From positions 2,731-66,665 of the forward strand of contig JBGMQT010000005.1 of assembly GCA_048060695.1 (NCBI GenBank): a stretch of 63,935 bases of DNA, in the 5' to 3' direction. Numbering within the stretch: the stretch's first letter is position 1; every line of letters begins with the position of its first letter. The position numbers and the translations under genes are program-made. The notes below the pieces were generated by a model. It worked only from the letters and a program-made list of their open reading frames with translations. It was not told the origin of the DNA and did no database searches. Source of the stretch: Acidiferrobacterales bacterium. Lineage in GTDB: Bacteria; Pseudomonadota; Gammaproteobacteria; Acidiferrobacterales; JAJDNE01. This document shows positions 50,166 through 60,533 of this stretch, piece by piece.

Positions 50166-50496
50166 TTGAAGGGCCTACTTTCCCTGTAGTCATTCTGTCG
50201 TCCAAGGCATGACGTACGTCAAAGACACCCGATAGTACCCGTGGTTATTCTGTCACTTGGGACTACCCCGATAGGGTTATTATAGACGATCTCCTAAGCG
50301 GTTGATAATAAGTAATTATTGTCGTGTAACCGATCCCGGGATGCAAGTGACTTCGTGTCATTAGGCTGTAGATCGTGCAGGTGCTGTGGATAGCAGCATA
50401 AACGGGTTAAGGTAACAAAACTTTCTGCCGAAATTGGTCTCTAACCCTTTGGGACACGGCGTGATAGTCGACCGATAACAAAAATGGAGGGATACC

Positions 50497-52965
50497 ATGA
50501 CAGTGGTCTGGGTACTTGGAATTATTGTGGCGGTTGCCGCGTTGGCCTATCACCGCGCGCCGCTGTGGTTATGGACAACGAGTGCGGTTCTTGCTCTGGG
50601 ATTCGCTTTTGCCACAAATGATGTTGCGATAGGCGCACAGATTTTTTGGGGAACGGTATTTGTGCTGGTGGCCGCGCCGCTCAATATCCTTCCCTTGCGA
50701 CGTCTTCTGCTGAGCAGAACTCTTTTTAAATTTTTTGCACGCGCACTGCCTGAGATGTCCGACACCGAGCGCGAGGCCCTGGAGGCCGGCACCGTGTGGT
50801 GGGACGCGGACCTGTTCAGTGGCAAGCCGGATTTCAAAAAATTGCTTGATATTCCGAAGCCGCAATTGACCGAAGAGGAGCAAGCCTTTCTGGATGGGCC
50901 CGTCAACGAATTGTGTGAACTGATTGATGATTGGAAAATTACCAACGAGTTATTCGATCTGTCACCGGAGGTGTGGCAATACCTGAAGGACAAGGGATTT
51001 TTCGGCATGATAATCCCGAAAGAATATGGCGGACTGGAGTTTTCGGCGTTGGCCCACTCGGCAGTAGTCGGCAAGATTGCGTCACGTTCTATTACTACTG
51101 CCGTCACCATGATGGTGCCAAATTCACTCGGCCCGGCAGAGTTGTTGCTGAATTACGGTACCGATAAACAGCGAGATCAATATTTGCGTGGTTTGGCGAA
51201 AGGCAAGGAAATTCCCTGTTTTGCACTGACCGCACCCGATGCCGGCAGTGACGCCGGGGCGATGCCCGACAACGGTGTGATCTGTCGAGGCGAGTTTGGG
51301 GGCAACAAGGATGTGCTCGGTATTCGTCTCAATTTTAACAAGCGTTACATCACCCTGGCACCGGTGGCCACCGTGATGGGGTTGGCATTTAAACTTTATG
51401 ATCCGGATCATCTCATTGGCGAGACCGAAGACTATGGTATTACGGTCGCGTTGATTCCTACGGGTACCGCCGGAATCGATATCGGCCGCCGTCATCAACC
51501 GCTGAATATACCGTTCCAGAATGGGCCCATATTGGGCAAAGACGTATTCATTCCGATAGACTGGATCATTGGTGGTCAGGAACGTGTGGGGCAGGGCTGG
51601 CGAATGTTAATGGAAAGTCTGGCCGCGGGTCGTTCCATATCGCTACCAGCGTTGAGTGCCGGTGCTGGTAAATTAATGTCGCGCACCGTGGGTGCCTACA
51701 GCCGCATCCGCCGCCAGTTTAATTTGCCCATTGGCAAGTTTGAAGGTGTAGAGGAAGCGCTGGCGCGAATTGCAGGTTATACCTATATGATGGATGCTGC
51801 GCGCACGCTAACCCTGACCGCTGTTGATTTGGGCGAAAAGCCATCGGTTATCTCGGCGATAGCCAAATATGAATTGACAGAACACATGCGCAAGGTGGTC
51901 GACGATACCATGGATGTACGCGGTGGTTCCGCCATCTGCATGGGACCGCGCAATATTACTGGCCGTGTTTATCAAGCCGTTCCTGTCAGCATCACGGTGG
52001 AGGGGGCCAATATCCTCACCCGCACTCTAATTATCTTCGGTCAGGGCGCGGTTCGCTGCCACCCTTATGTGTTTGCCGAAATGGAGTCGGTGCGTAACCC
52101 CGATACCAGAGCTGGCCTGACACAATTTGATCGCGCCATTTTTGGCCATGTGGGTTTTGCCCTCAGCAATGCGGTACGCGCCTTCTGGTTGGCGGTTACC
52201 GGCGCCCGTTTTACCTATGTACCGGTTAGCGGTCTACCGCGACGATATGCCCAGCACATCGTTCGTTTGAGCTCTGCTTTCGCTTTGTTATCAGACATGG
52301 CCATGCTGACGCTGGGCGGAGCTCTCAAGCGCAAGGAAAAAATTTCTGGTCGCCTGGCCGACGCCCTGAGCCATTTGTACCTGGCCTCGGCACTGATCAA
52401 ACGATTTAATGATGATGGCCAACCGGAGGCCGATCGCGTGATGTTCCAGTGGGCCGGACGGTATTGCCTGAATCAGGTTGAAGAGGCGCTGGATGGCATG
52501 ATCCAGAATTTCCCGCTGCGTCCGGTAGCCTGGCTGATGCGCTTAATCGCGTTGCCGACGGGTCGTTATATCGGGGTCGCCAATGACGAGCTTGGCCACA
52601 AGGTAGCTAGTCTGTTGTTGCAACCGTCCGAAGCTCGAGATCGCCTGACAAGTGGCATGTTTGTCTCTCGCAACGTTGACGGCCCCATTCATATGCTTGA
52701 AGACGCTTTGCCAAAAGTCATTGCCGCGGAGCCAATAGAACACACCTTGCGTCGGGCGGTGAAAAAAGGCGAGGTGGTGGGCCGCGATAGCGATGCGCAA
52801 TTACTGGATGCTGTCAGCAAGGCCATTATCAGCGAAAGTGAAGCCGAATTAGTGCGCGTCGCCAGTGCGGCGCGTGACCGGGTAATTCAGGTCGATGATT
52901 TCTCGCCTGAGGAACTGGGTGTTAAGTCCAGAGAGGGAGAATCGCGAACCGCAGTAGCAAGCTAG
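50497..52965 (+). CDS. fadE: large acyl-CoA dehydrogenase (FadE type)
   Basis: 822 aa with N-terminal TM segments, an ACAD core and a C-terminal extension as in E. coli FadE. Confidence 0.9.
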   Translation: MTVVWVLGIIVAVAALAYHRAPLWLWTTSAVLALGFAFATNDVAIGAQIFWGTVFVLVAAPLNILPLRRLLLSRTLFKFFARALPEMSDTEREALEAGTVWWDADLFSGKPDFKKLLDIPKPQLTEEEQAFLDGPVNELCELIDDWKITNELFDLSPEVWQYLKDKGFFGMIIPKEYGGLEFSALAHSAVVGKIASRSITTAVTMMVPNSLGPAELLLNYGTDKQRDQYLRGLAKGKEIPCFALTAPDAGSDAGAMPDNGVICRGEFGGNKDVLGIRLNFNKRYITLAPVATVMGLAFKLYDPDHLIGETEDYGITVALIPTGTAGIDIGRRHQPLNIPFQNGPILGKDVFIPIDWIIGGQERVGQGWRMLMESLAAGRSISLPALSAGAGKLMSRTVGAYSRIRRQFNLPIGKFEGVEEALARIAGYTYMMDAARTLTLTAVDLGEKPSVISAIAKYELTEHMRKVVDDTMDVRGGSAICMGPRNITGRVYQAVPVSITVEGANILTRTLIIFGQGAVRCHPYVFAEMESVRNPDTRAGLTQFDRAIFGHVGFALSNAVRAFWLAVTGARFTYVPVSGLPRRYAQHIVRLSSAFALLSDMAMLTLGGALKRKEKISGRLADALSHLYLASALIKRFNDDGQPEADRVMFQWAGRYCLNQVEEALDGMIQNFPLRPVAWLMRLIALPTGRYIGVANDELGHKVASLLLQPSEARDRLTSGMFVSRNVDGPIHMLEDALPKVIAAEPIEHTLRRAVKKGEVVGRDSDAQLLDAVSKAIISESEAELVRVASAARDRVIQVDDFSPEELGVKSREGESRTAVAS

Positions 52966-53013
52966 GGAAGCTCTGATTGGTCCAGAATACTTCCAAATAA
53001 AAAGGAGCTGACT

Positions 53014-54333
53014 ATGGCAAAACGGAAAGTCTATGTAATCGATGGAGCGCGTACCCCGTTTCTGAAGGCGCGTGGCGATATCGGGCCGTTCAGCGCGGCC
53101 GATCTTGCGGTCGCCGCGGGCCGTACTGTGTTTACGCGTTCACCGGTTGCACCCGATATGATTGACGAGGCCATTGTCGGTTGTGTCATCCCGGCGCCGG
53201 ATGAGGCCAATATCGCCCGTATTATTGCGCTGCGCCTCGGCTGTGGAAAAAAGGTGCCCGCCTTCACCGTGCAACGTAATTGTGCATCCGGACTACAGGC
53301 ATTGGCCAGCGCCCACGAGCGAATAACGCTGGGTTATTCCGACATCGTTCTGGCCGGAGGTACCGAGGCCATGAGTCGTTCACCGATTCAATGGAATGCC
53401 GCCATGGTGGGCTGGTTGTCACAAGTCATGCGCGCCAGGTCCCTGCCCGCACGTCTGGGCGCAATCGCCCGACTGCGCCCAGCCTATCTCAAACCTATTT
53501 TTACCCTGTTGCTGGGCCTGAGTGATCCCCTGGTCAGGTTATCCATGGGGCAGACCGCCGAGATTGTCGCCAAGCGTTTCGGTATTACCCGGGAGCAAAT
53601 GGATGCCTATGCCTTCAGCAGCCATAGACGTCTGGCCGCCGCCTTTGACGACGGCCGGATGGATGAAGAAGTGGTCCATTTATTTGATAGTCGTGGTAAC
53701 ACATATTCCGAAGACAGCGGCATGCGTCGTGAAACCGATATGGAGAAACTGGCCAAACTTCGCCCGGTATTTGATCGTAAGTATGGTCTGGTTACGTCGG
53801 GCAACAGTTCACAAATTACCGACGGCGCGGCTATGTTGCTGTTGGCCAGTGACAAGGCGGTGGAGAAACATGATCTGCCAGTGCTGGGCGAACTGGTGGG
53901 CCATGAATGGGCAGGCGTGGATCCGAGACAAATGGGGCTGGGGCCAGTGCACGCGGTGGCCGGTTTGCTCAAGCGGCAGAGCATCTCGATAAAAGAGATA
54001 GATCATATGGAATTGAACGAAGCCTTTGCCGCTCAAGTGCTGGGTTGCCAGGCTGCCTGGGACAGTGCGGAGTATTGTAAAACAGAGTTGGGGCTTAGCC
54101 AGCCGGTGGGTGCGATCGACAGTGCCAGATTAAACCCCGATGGCGGTGCCGTCAGCTGTGGCCATCCTATTGGTGCCAGTGGCGCACGTCTGGTGCTGCA
54201 CGTCTTGCTGGCATTAAAACGAAACGGCGGCGGTCAGGGTATTGCCACGCTTTGCATTGGCGGCGGTCAGGGTGGCGCGATGTTGGTACGAGTCGGCGAG
54301 ATGGCCAAACCGGAAGCAAAAAATGAACAATAG
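53014..54333 (+). CDS. acetyl-CoA C-acyltransferase (3-ketoacyl-CoA thiolase, FadI/FadA-like)
   Basis: Active-site motifs NCASGLQA, GHPIGASGAR and CIGGGQG. 439 aa. Confidence 0.92.
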   Translation: MAKRKVYVIDGARTPFLKARGDIGPFSAADLAVAAGRTVFTRSPVAPDMIDEAIVGCVIPAPDEANIARIIALRLGCGKKVPAFTVQRNCASGLQALASAHERITLGYSDIVLAGGTEAMSRSPIQWNAAMVGWLSQVMRARSLPARLGAIARLRPAYLKPIFTLLLGLSDPLVRLSMGQTAEIVAKRFGITREQMDAYAFSSHRRLAAAFDDGRMDEEVVHLFDSRGNTYSEDSGMRRETDMEKLAKLRPVFDRKYGLVTSGNSSQITDGAAMLLLASDKAVEKHDLPVLGELVGHEWAGVDPRQMGLGPVHAVAGLLKRQSISIKEIDHMELNEAFAAQVLGCQAAWDSAEYCKTELGLSQPVGAIDSARLNPDGGAVSCGHPIGASGARLVLHVLLALKRNGGGQGIATLCIGGGQGGAMLVRVGEMAKPEAKNEQ

Positions 54334-54342
54334 GGAGATCAG

Positions 54343-56361
54343 ATGAAACACTGGCGTCTCGAAAAAATTGACAACAGTCTGGCGTTGATAATGAACATGG
54401 CCGATCGATCGGCCAATGTGTTGTCGTCCGAGGTGATGCACGAGCTTGAAGAGGCGTTGGCCGACGTCAATACCCGAAGCCAGAAAGGCGAAACTGTAAA
54501 TGGCCTGATGATCCTGTCGGGCAAGGACAAGAGTTTTATACTTGGTGCCGACGTCGCCGAGTTTCAGAACGTAAAAAACGTGACCATGGCCACAGAATTT
54601 GTACGTCGTGGCCAGCAAGTACTGAATAAAATCGCGGCAATGTCTATCCCGACCGTAGCTGTAATCCATGGCAATTGTCTCGGTGGCGGTACCGAGTTGG
54701 CCCTGGCTTGTGACTACCGCGTCGCCAGTGACGACAACAGTACCCGAATCGGCCTTCCGGAAGTCAATCTCGGCATCCATCCCGGGTTTGCCGGTACTGT
54801 GCGCTTGCCAAAACTGGTAGGACCATTTGCAGCGTTCAATATTATGTTGACCGGGCGACCGTTGCGTGCCCGGGCGGCAAAACACATTGGTTTGGTGGAC
54901 GACGTTGTGGCGCAACGACACCTTGAGCGCGCGGCGCTAGCCTTTATCAAAAAGAAGCCTAGAAAACACCGCCCTGCATGGTGGTTACGCGCTCTGAGCT
55001 TGTTACCGTTGCGTTCACTGGTAGCCAACCTGGTGCGCAAACAGCTCAGAAAGAAGGTGCGCAAGGATCAGTATCCGGCACCATATCGCATGATCGATCT
55101 TTGGGTGCGCGGCGCCAATCAGGAAAAGGAAGCGAGTTCGATCAGCGAACTGGTTGTCAGTGATGTCAGCCGCAACCTGGTGCAGCTTTTTCTATCGAGT
55201 GAAGAGCTCAAGCGCACCGGTCGCAGGGTGACCCATGGCATTAAACACGTACATGTAATCGGGGCCGGTGTGATGGGTGGGGACATTGCTGCCTGGGCCG
55301 CGCTAAATGGATTTCGTGTCAGTCTTCAGGACATGAATGAAGACAGTATTGCTCGCGCCATAAAACGCGCCCATCAACTCTACAAGAAGCGTCTGAAGAA
55401 ACCGCGCGACATCGAGGAAGCCATGGATCGCCTGATGCCGGATAACCGTGGTGACGGCTTGCGGCACGCCGACCTGGTGATCGAGGCCGTCGTCGAAAAG
55501 CTGGAAGTGAAACGGAATATTTTTCAGCAGGCCGAGGCCGTGACCGGCGATAACGCGATACTTGCAACCAACACCTCAAGCATTCCGCTGGAAGAAATCG
55601 GCGAGGGACTGAAAGATCCTTCGCGTCTGGTAGGCCTGCATTTCTTCAATCCCGTTGCCAAAATGCAGCTGGTGGAAGTTGTGTGTGGCGACAAAACGTC
55701 AGACAGTATAATGGGTCGTGCCCGAGCTTTTGCCGTCGCCATTGGACGTTTGCCGCTTGATGTCAAAAGTAGCCCCGGTTTTCTGGTCAATCGTATTCTG
55801 ATGCCCTATCTCATGGAGGCAATGTCCATGGTGGAGGAGGGCATTCCCCAAGCCGATATCGACCGCGCGGCGCTCGACTTTGGTATGCCCATGGGCCCGA
55901 TTCATCTAGCCGATACTGTGGGTCTGGATATCTGTTTGTCAGTGGCAGAAGAACTGGCTGGTCCGCTCGGGATGGAAGTACCGGCACGGCTGCGAACAAT
56001 GGTTGAAGCCGGTAGTCTCGGTAAAAAAAGCGGCAGTGGCTTCTATCAATACAAGAATGGCAAATCAGTACGATCCAGGGGTAATGTGCGCAAGGATATT
56101 CCCATCGTCGATCGACTCGTACTACGCCAACTGAACGAAACTGTTGCCTGTCTACGCGAGAAAGTGGTGTTAGATACGGATGCGACAGATGTCGGCATGG
56201 TATTTGGTACCGGTTTCGCGCCGTTTCGCGGCGGACCGATTCACTATGCTCGTAGTGAGGGCATAGACGAGATCAAACACCGTTTATTACGTCTGGTGGA
56301 GGCCTACGGCGATCGTTTTGCACCGGACGATGGTTGGGCAGAGATAAAACTTTCGGCCTAA
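54343..56361 (+). CDS. fatty-acid oxidation complex alpha subunit (enoyl-CoA hydratase / 3-hydroxyacyl-CoA dehydrogenase, FadJ/FadB-like)
   Basis: N-terminal crotonase fold (GGGTELALACD) and NAD-binding VIGAGVMGGDIA. 672 aa. Confidence 0.92.
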   Translation: MKHWRLEKIDNSLALIMNMADRSANVLSSEVMHELEEALADVNTRSQKGETVNGLMILSGKDKSFILGADVAEFQNVKNVTMATEFVRRGQQVLNKIAAMSIPTVAVIHGNCLGGGTELALACDYRVASDDNSTRIGLPEVNLGIHPGFAGTVRLPKLVGPFAAFNIMLTGRPLRARAAKHIGLVDDVVAQRHLERAALAFIKKKPRKHRPAWWLRALSLLPLRSLVANLVRKQLRKKVRKDQYPAPYRMIDLWVRGANQEKEASSISELVVSDVSRNLVQLFLSSEELKRTGRRVTHGIKHVHVIGAGVMGGDIAAWAALNGFRVSLQDMNEDSIARAIKRAHQLYKKRLKKPRDIEEAMDRLMPDNRGDGLRHADLVIEAVVEKLEVKRNIFQQAEAVTGDNAILATNTSSIPLEEIGEGLKDPSRLVGLHFFNPVAKMQLVEVVCGDKTSDSIMGRARAFAVAIGRLPLDVKSSPGFLVNRILMPYLMEAMSMVEEGIPQADIDRAALDFGMPMGPIHLADTVGLDICLSVAEELAGPLGMEVPARLRTMVEAGSLGKKSGSGFYQYKNGKSVRSRGNVRKDIPIVDRLVLRQLNETVACLREKVVLDTDATDVGMVFGTGFAPFRGGPIHYARSEGIDEIKHRLLRLVEAYGDRFAPDDGWAEIKLSA

Positions 56362-56381
56362 TGGCCAAAAAAGGGGGAAGC

Positions 56382-58073
56382 ATGCAGATTCCAATCAACA
56401 AAAGTACCAATTTATCTCAGGTTTTCAGCGCACGCGTAAGCGATACACCTGACGCACCGGCCTACAAACAGTTTCGTGAAGACCGGTGGATATCCTATAC
56501 CTGGCGTGAAACTGCGCATGAAGTCGAGCGTTGGCAGGCTGCTATGAAGGCCGATGGATTGGCGACCGGCGACCGTGTTGCCCTGTGCATGCGCAATCGA
56601 ATTGAATGGGTGTATTTCGATCAAGCGGCGTTGGGACTGGGTTTGATACCCGTGCCACTCTACTTTGATGATCGCACGGACAATATGGTCTGGTGTATGA
56701 ATGACGCCGGCGTAAAATTACTGGTGCTGGAAACGGACGACATCTGGCCAGAAATCAGCGGCGAAGTAGAGACGCTGAAACGGGTGGTCACGCTGGCCAC
56801 CCCAACGCACAGTGATGAAAAACTGAGCGGGCTTGGTGAATGGTTGCCAGCGGTAGGCGGTGAGCTGGAACAGTCTGATGCCATTGGTGACGATATGGCA
56901 ACGATTGTTTATACATCGGGTACTACCGGTCGACCCAAAGGCGTTATGTTAAGTCACTATAATATGCTTTCAAATGTCGATGCCGGGTTGCGCATCGTAT
57001 CGGTAAGCGCCAGCGATCGATTTATTTCTTTTTTACCGCTATCCCACATGTTCGAGCGAACAGTAGGTTGTTACATCGGTATTGCGGCTGGTGCGGAGAC
57101 AGTTTTCGCCCGTGGCATCACAGAGTTGGGCGAGGACCTGCAGCAGCAGAAGCCGACAATTATGGTCTGTGTACCACGTATCTTTGAACGCATTAATGCA
57201 AAAATGCAGGCGGGCTTACCACCGAACTCACTAAAACGCACTTTGTTTGAAAAGGCCGCCGAAATCGGATGGAAACGTTTCAATCACGAAGCGGGGCTGC
57301 TGGATCAGTTGCTGTGGCCAGTGCTGAAAGCGCTGGTTGCGAGTAAAATTCATGCGCGGTTAGGTGGCCGAATGAGGCTGATTATTGTTGGTGCAGCGGC
57401 CTTGTCTCCCGAACTTTCCAAAATTTTTGTTGGGCTGGGGTTGCCTATTATTCAGGGATACGGGCTTACCGAGACATCGCCCATTGCTTGCGCGAATAGA
57501 CTGGAGGACAACGATCCTGCTTCCGTCGGTAGACCCCTGCCCGATGTGGAGATTGAGCTTGATGGTAAAGGAGAGATCCTGATTCGAGGACCATTGGTCA
57601 TGAAGGGTTATTGGAATAATGAGGCGGCCACTAAAGCCGTGATTGATGCCGACGGCTGGTTTCACTCCGGCGATATTGGCGAGTTCCGTGACGGTCGTCT
57701 CTATATCACCGGGCGGGCGAAAGAGATTATCGTCATGAGTAATGGTGAGAAGCTGCCGCCGGGTGACGTCGAACAGGCCATCATGATGGATCCTGCCTTC
57801 GAGCAAGTCATGGTTGTCGGAGAAGGCCGGTCCAAACTGGGTTTGCTGGCCGTCAGCGAGATCAGGGACGAAAAAGAATTGTGTGATCGAGCCAACATGA
57901 AACTAAAAAAACTCCCGGGTTGGGTACAAATTCACTACCTCAAACGAATGTCGGAGTCGTGGTCTGTCGAAAACGGGTTTATGACGCCGACACTTAAACT
58001 AAAGCGCGCGAAAATTGAAAAACACTGGGCCAAAGAAATTGATGAAATGTATGCGGGTCCGTACAGGGCGTAA
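56382..58073 (+). CDS. long-chain fatty acid--CoA ligase (AMP-binding)
   Basis: YTSGTTGRPKG and GYGLTE motifs. ATG 56382 preceded by AAGGGGGAAG. Confidence 0.9.
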   Translation: MQIPINKSTNLSQVFSARVSDTPDAPAYKQFREDRWISYTWRETAHEVERWQAAMKADGLATGDRVALCMRNRIEWVYFDQAALGLGLIPVPLYFDDRTDNMVWCMNDAGVKLLVLETDDIWPEISGEVETLKRVVTLATPTHSDEKLSGLGEWLPAVGGELEQSDAIGDDMATIVYTSGTTGRPKGVMLSHYNMLSNVDAGLRIVSVSASDRFISFLPLSHMFERTVGCYIGIAAGAETVFARGITELGEDLQQQKPTIMVCVPRIFERINAKMQAGLPPNSLKRTLFEKAAEIGWKRFNHEAGLLDQLLWPVLKALVASKIHARLGGRMRLIIVGAAALSPELSKIFVGLGLPIIQGYGLTETSPIACANRLEDNDPASVGRPLPDVEIELDGKGEILIRGPLVMKGYWNNEAATKAVIDADGWFHSGDIGEFRDGRLYITGRAKEIIVMSNGEKLPPGDVEQAIMMDPAFEQVMVVGEGRSKLGLLAVSEIRDEKELCDRANMKLKKLPGWVQIHYLKRMSESWSVENGFMTPTLKLKRAKIEKHWAKEIDEMYAGPYRA

Positions 58074-58076
58074 CAG

Positions 58077-58670
58077 CTAGTTGCGAACCTTCAGCCGCAG
58101 TGCCTTGATGCCCATTCTGGCCAGTTTGCGATTGGCGTCTTCGGCATCACTGGCGCGGTTATAAGGGCCGAGGCGAACACGGTAGTAGACGCGTTCATTG
58201 TCCGCTGTAATTTTCTGGATTTCTGACGCCAGTCCGTTTATTGCCAGCCTCGCCTTGAGTCGATCCGCATCGGCATAGCGATTGTAAGCCGCAGCTTGCA
58301 GCACATAACTCACATCAGCCTCACGCGTTCGGCTGATGTCTTGCCATTCGCTGTCTTCCACCACCGCCTCGCCTTCCGGCAAAATGGTATAGAAATCATA
58401 CTTCGTTTTTTGTGGTGGTTTCGCTGCCACCGGCCTGGATTTGGTACCTGGTTTGTCGGGGCGCGTCAGGATATTGTTCAGGCCGGTACCGGGCTTATTA
58501 ACCGTAGCAATAATCCACTGCACCAGTACGGCGACAACAACACCGATGGCCAGCCCCAGTACCAGCAGCGACCAGTTCGGTAATTTGCGTGGCCCGCGCC
58601 GCGCCGCTGGCCTTCGTCGATAAGCTGTTTTTTTTCGGCGAGTCGCACTTTTTTTTCGCTTGGCAGCCAT
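58077..58670 (-). CDS. SPOR-domain cell-division/peptidoglycan-binding protein
   Basis: Basic N-terminus, one TM segment, C-terminal SPOR repeat (YVLQAAAY...YYRVRLGPY). Lies immediately downstream of argS. Confidence 0.8.
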   Translation of the reverse strand: MAAKRKKSATRRKKTAYRRRPAARRGPRKLPNWSLLVLGLAIGVVVAVLVQWIIATVNKPGTGLNNILTRPDKPGTKSRPVAAKPPQKTKYDFYTILPEGEAVVEDSEWQDISRTREADVSYVLQAAAYNRYADADRLKARLAINGLASEIQKITADNERVYYRVRLGPYNRASDAEDANRKLARMGIKALRLKVRN

Positions 58671-58672
58671 AG

Positions 58673-60436
58673 CTACATTGAATCCGGTGCTGAAATACCC
58701 AGCAGTTCCAGCGCGTTGGCAATGACCTGCCGTGTTGCTTCGATCAGATTCAGACGGGCGTTGCGCAGGACATCATCTCCAACGAGAAAGGTGTGTGCGT
58801 TATAGTAGGTATGAAAGTGGTTGGCCAGGTCACGCAGGTAGTGCACCAGCAGATGGGGCTCGTGCTTTAATGCAGCCTGCTCAATGGTTTCCGGGAATCG
58901 CTCGAGCTGAGCGAGCAAATCCCGCTCGTGTTGCTCGTTGAGGCGCTCGAGATTGTCATTACCTGCCGCCACGTCGTGGTTCATGTTCTTTTCCTTAAGC
59001 TGGCGGAAGACGCTGCGCACACGAGCGTGGGCATACTGAATGTAATAGACCGGATTGTCACTGGATTGTGCTTTGGCAAGATCAAGGTCAAAATCCATGT
59101 GCTGTTCACACTTGCGCATGACATAAAAAAATCGCGCGGCGTCGTTACCCACTTCTTCACGCAATTCCCGTAGTGTCACGAATTCACCACTGCGGGTCGA
59201 CATTTTCACCTTTTCGCCACCGCGATATAACACGGCAAATTGAACCAGTAGTACATCGAGTTTTGATGGATCACTGTTAATCGCTGCCAGTGCGGCTTTA
59301 ACGCGGGGCACATAACCGTGATGATCAGCGCCCCATATGTCAATTACGCGATCAAAGCCGCGCTCGAGTTTGTCCATGTGGTAGGCAATGTCGGCCGCAA
59401 AATAGGTGTGCTGGCCATTGTCGCGGACGACAACGCGATCTTTTTCGTCTCCAAAATCGGTAGATCGGAACCACATAGCACCTTCTTTCTCGTATACATG
59501 GCCAGAATGTTCAAGGCGTTCAATTGCCTTTGCCACCGCACCGCTGGCTACCAATTTGTGTTCCGAAAACCAGTCATCGTAGACAACACCAAATTCTTTC
59601 AGGTCGCGACGAATGTTGTCGAGGATTTCGTTCAAACCCTGATGATGAATTATACGGTAGTCTTCTTCTCCCAGTAGTGCCTTGGCACGTTGAATCAGCC
59701 CATCAATATGTACTTCCCTGTCACCACTAGGTTGATCCTCATCGGGTGGAACGGATTCGAAGACGTTTTGGATTTCATGGCGGAAACGATCACCGTGTTC
59801 TCGGTGTAATGTGGCACCGATGTCCCAGATGTAATCACCCTTGTAACCATTAACCGGAAATTTCACAGTTTCACCGCATAGATCGAGATAGCGCAACCAC
59901 ACACTGACCGTGAGAATATCCATCTGGCGCCCGGCATCGTTAACATAATATTCCCGGTGCACATCGAAGCCCACAGCTTCCAGCAGATTGGCGACCGTGG
60001 CTCCATAGGCCGCACCGCGACCATGGCCCACATGTAACGGACCGGTGGGATTGGCGGAAACAAATTCCACCTGTACGCGTTTGGTTGCGCCTACCTTGCT
60101 GCGCCCAAACGCCACAGTTTGTGTCAGGATTACCGGTATCACTCGCAGGGTTGCGGCCGGTGTCAGGTAGAAGTTGATAAAACCGGGTCCGGCGATTTCC
60201 ACTTTTTCAATAAATTCCGACGCCGGCAGGGCGGTAATAATTTTTTCCGCCAGCGACCGTGGCGCCGACCGGGCCTGTTTAGCCAGCGCCATGGCGATAT
60301 TGCTGGCGAAGTCGCCGTGCCCTTTTTGTCTGGCCCGCTCCACCTCAATGTTGAACTCAAGCTCTGACGATAGTCCGCCGCCTCCCTGAAGCCCCGAAAT
60401 AGACTGGTGTATTAAATCGTGTATGTGGTTTTTCAA
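58673..60436 (-). CDS. argS: arginine--tRNA ligase
   Basis: HIGH-type [12 protein letters not shown] and KMSKS-type KMSTRSG. 587 aa. Confidence 0.97.
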   Translation of the reverse strand: MKNHIHDLIHQSISGLQGGGGLSSELEFNIEVERARQKGHGDFASNIAMALAKQARSAPRSLAEKIITALPASEFIEKVEIAGPGFINFYLTPAATLRVIPVILTQTVAFGRSKVGATKRVQVEFVSANPTGPLHVGHGRGAAYGATVANLLEAVGFDVHREYYVNDAGRQMDILTVSVWLRYLDLCGETVKFPVNGYKGDYIWDIGATLHREHGDRFRHEIQNVFESVPPDEDQPSGDREVHIDGLIQRAKALLGEEDYRIIHHQGLNEILDNIRRDLKEFGVVYDDWFSEHKLVASGAVAKAIERLEHSGHVYEKEGAMWFRSTDFGDEKDRVVVRDNGQHTYFAADIAYHMDKLERGFDRVIDIWGADHHGYVPRVKAALAAINSDPSKLDVLLVQFAVLYRGGEKVKMSTRSGEFVTLRELREEVGNDAARFFYVMRKCEQHMDFDLDLAKAQSSDNPVYYIQYAHARVRSVFRQLKEKNMNHDVAAGNDNLERLNEQHERDLLAQLERFPETIEQAALKHEPHLLVHYLRDLANHFHTYYNAHTFLVGDDVLRNARLNLIEATRQVIANALELLGISAPDSM

Positions 60437-60533
60437 TGTGGTTCTGCCAGGCCCCTGTGCATGATTCGGATCAACCAGTAGCGGATTCTACCGGACGTCG
60501 GGCAGTGGACGAAGCCCGGGTAAGGCCCATTCG

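Noticed and set aside
50385-50393. DnaA-box-like tgtggatag in the fad control region
   Set aside because: It is a single 8-of-9 match with no cluster or AT-rich unwinding element, so it is not an origin.
54214-54921. 235-aa minus-strand ORF spanning the thiolase/fadJ junction
   Set aside because: It is antisense to two well-supported genes and has no recognisable motifs.
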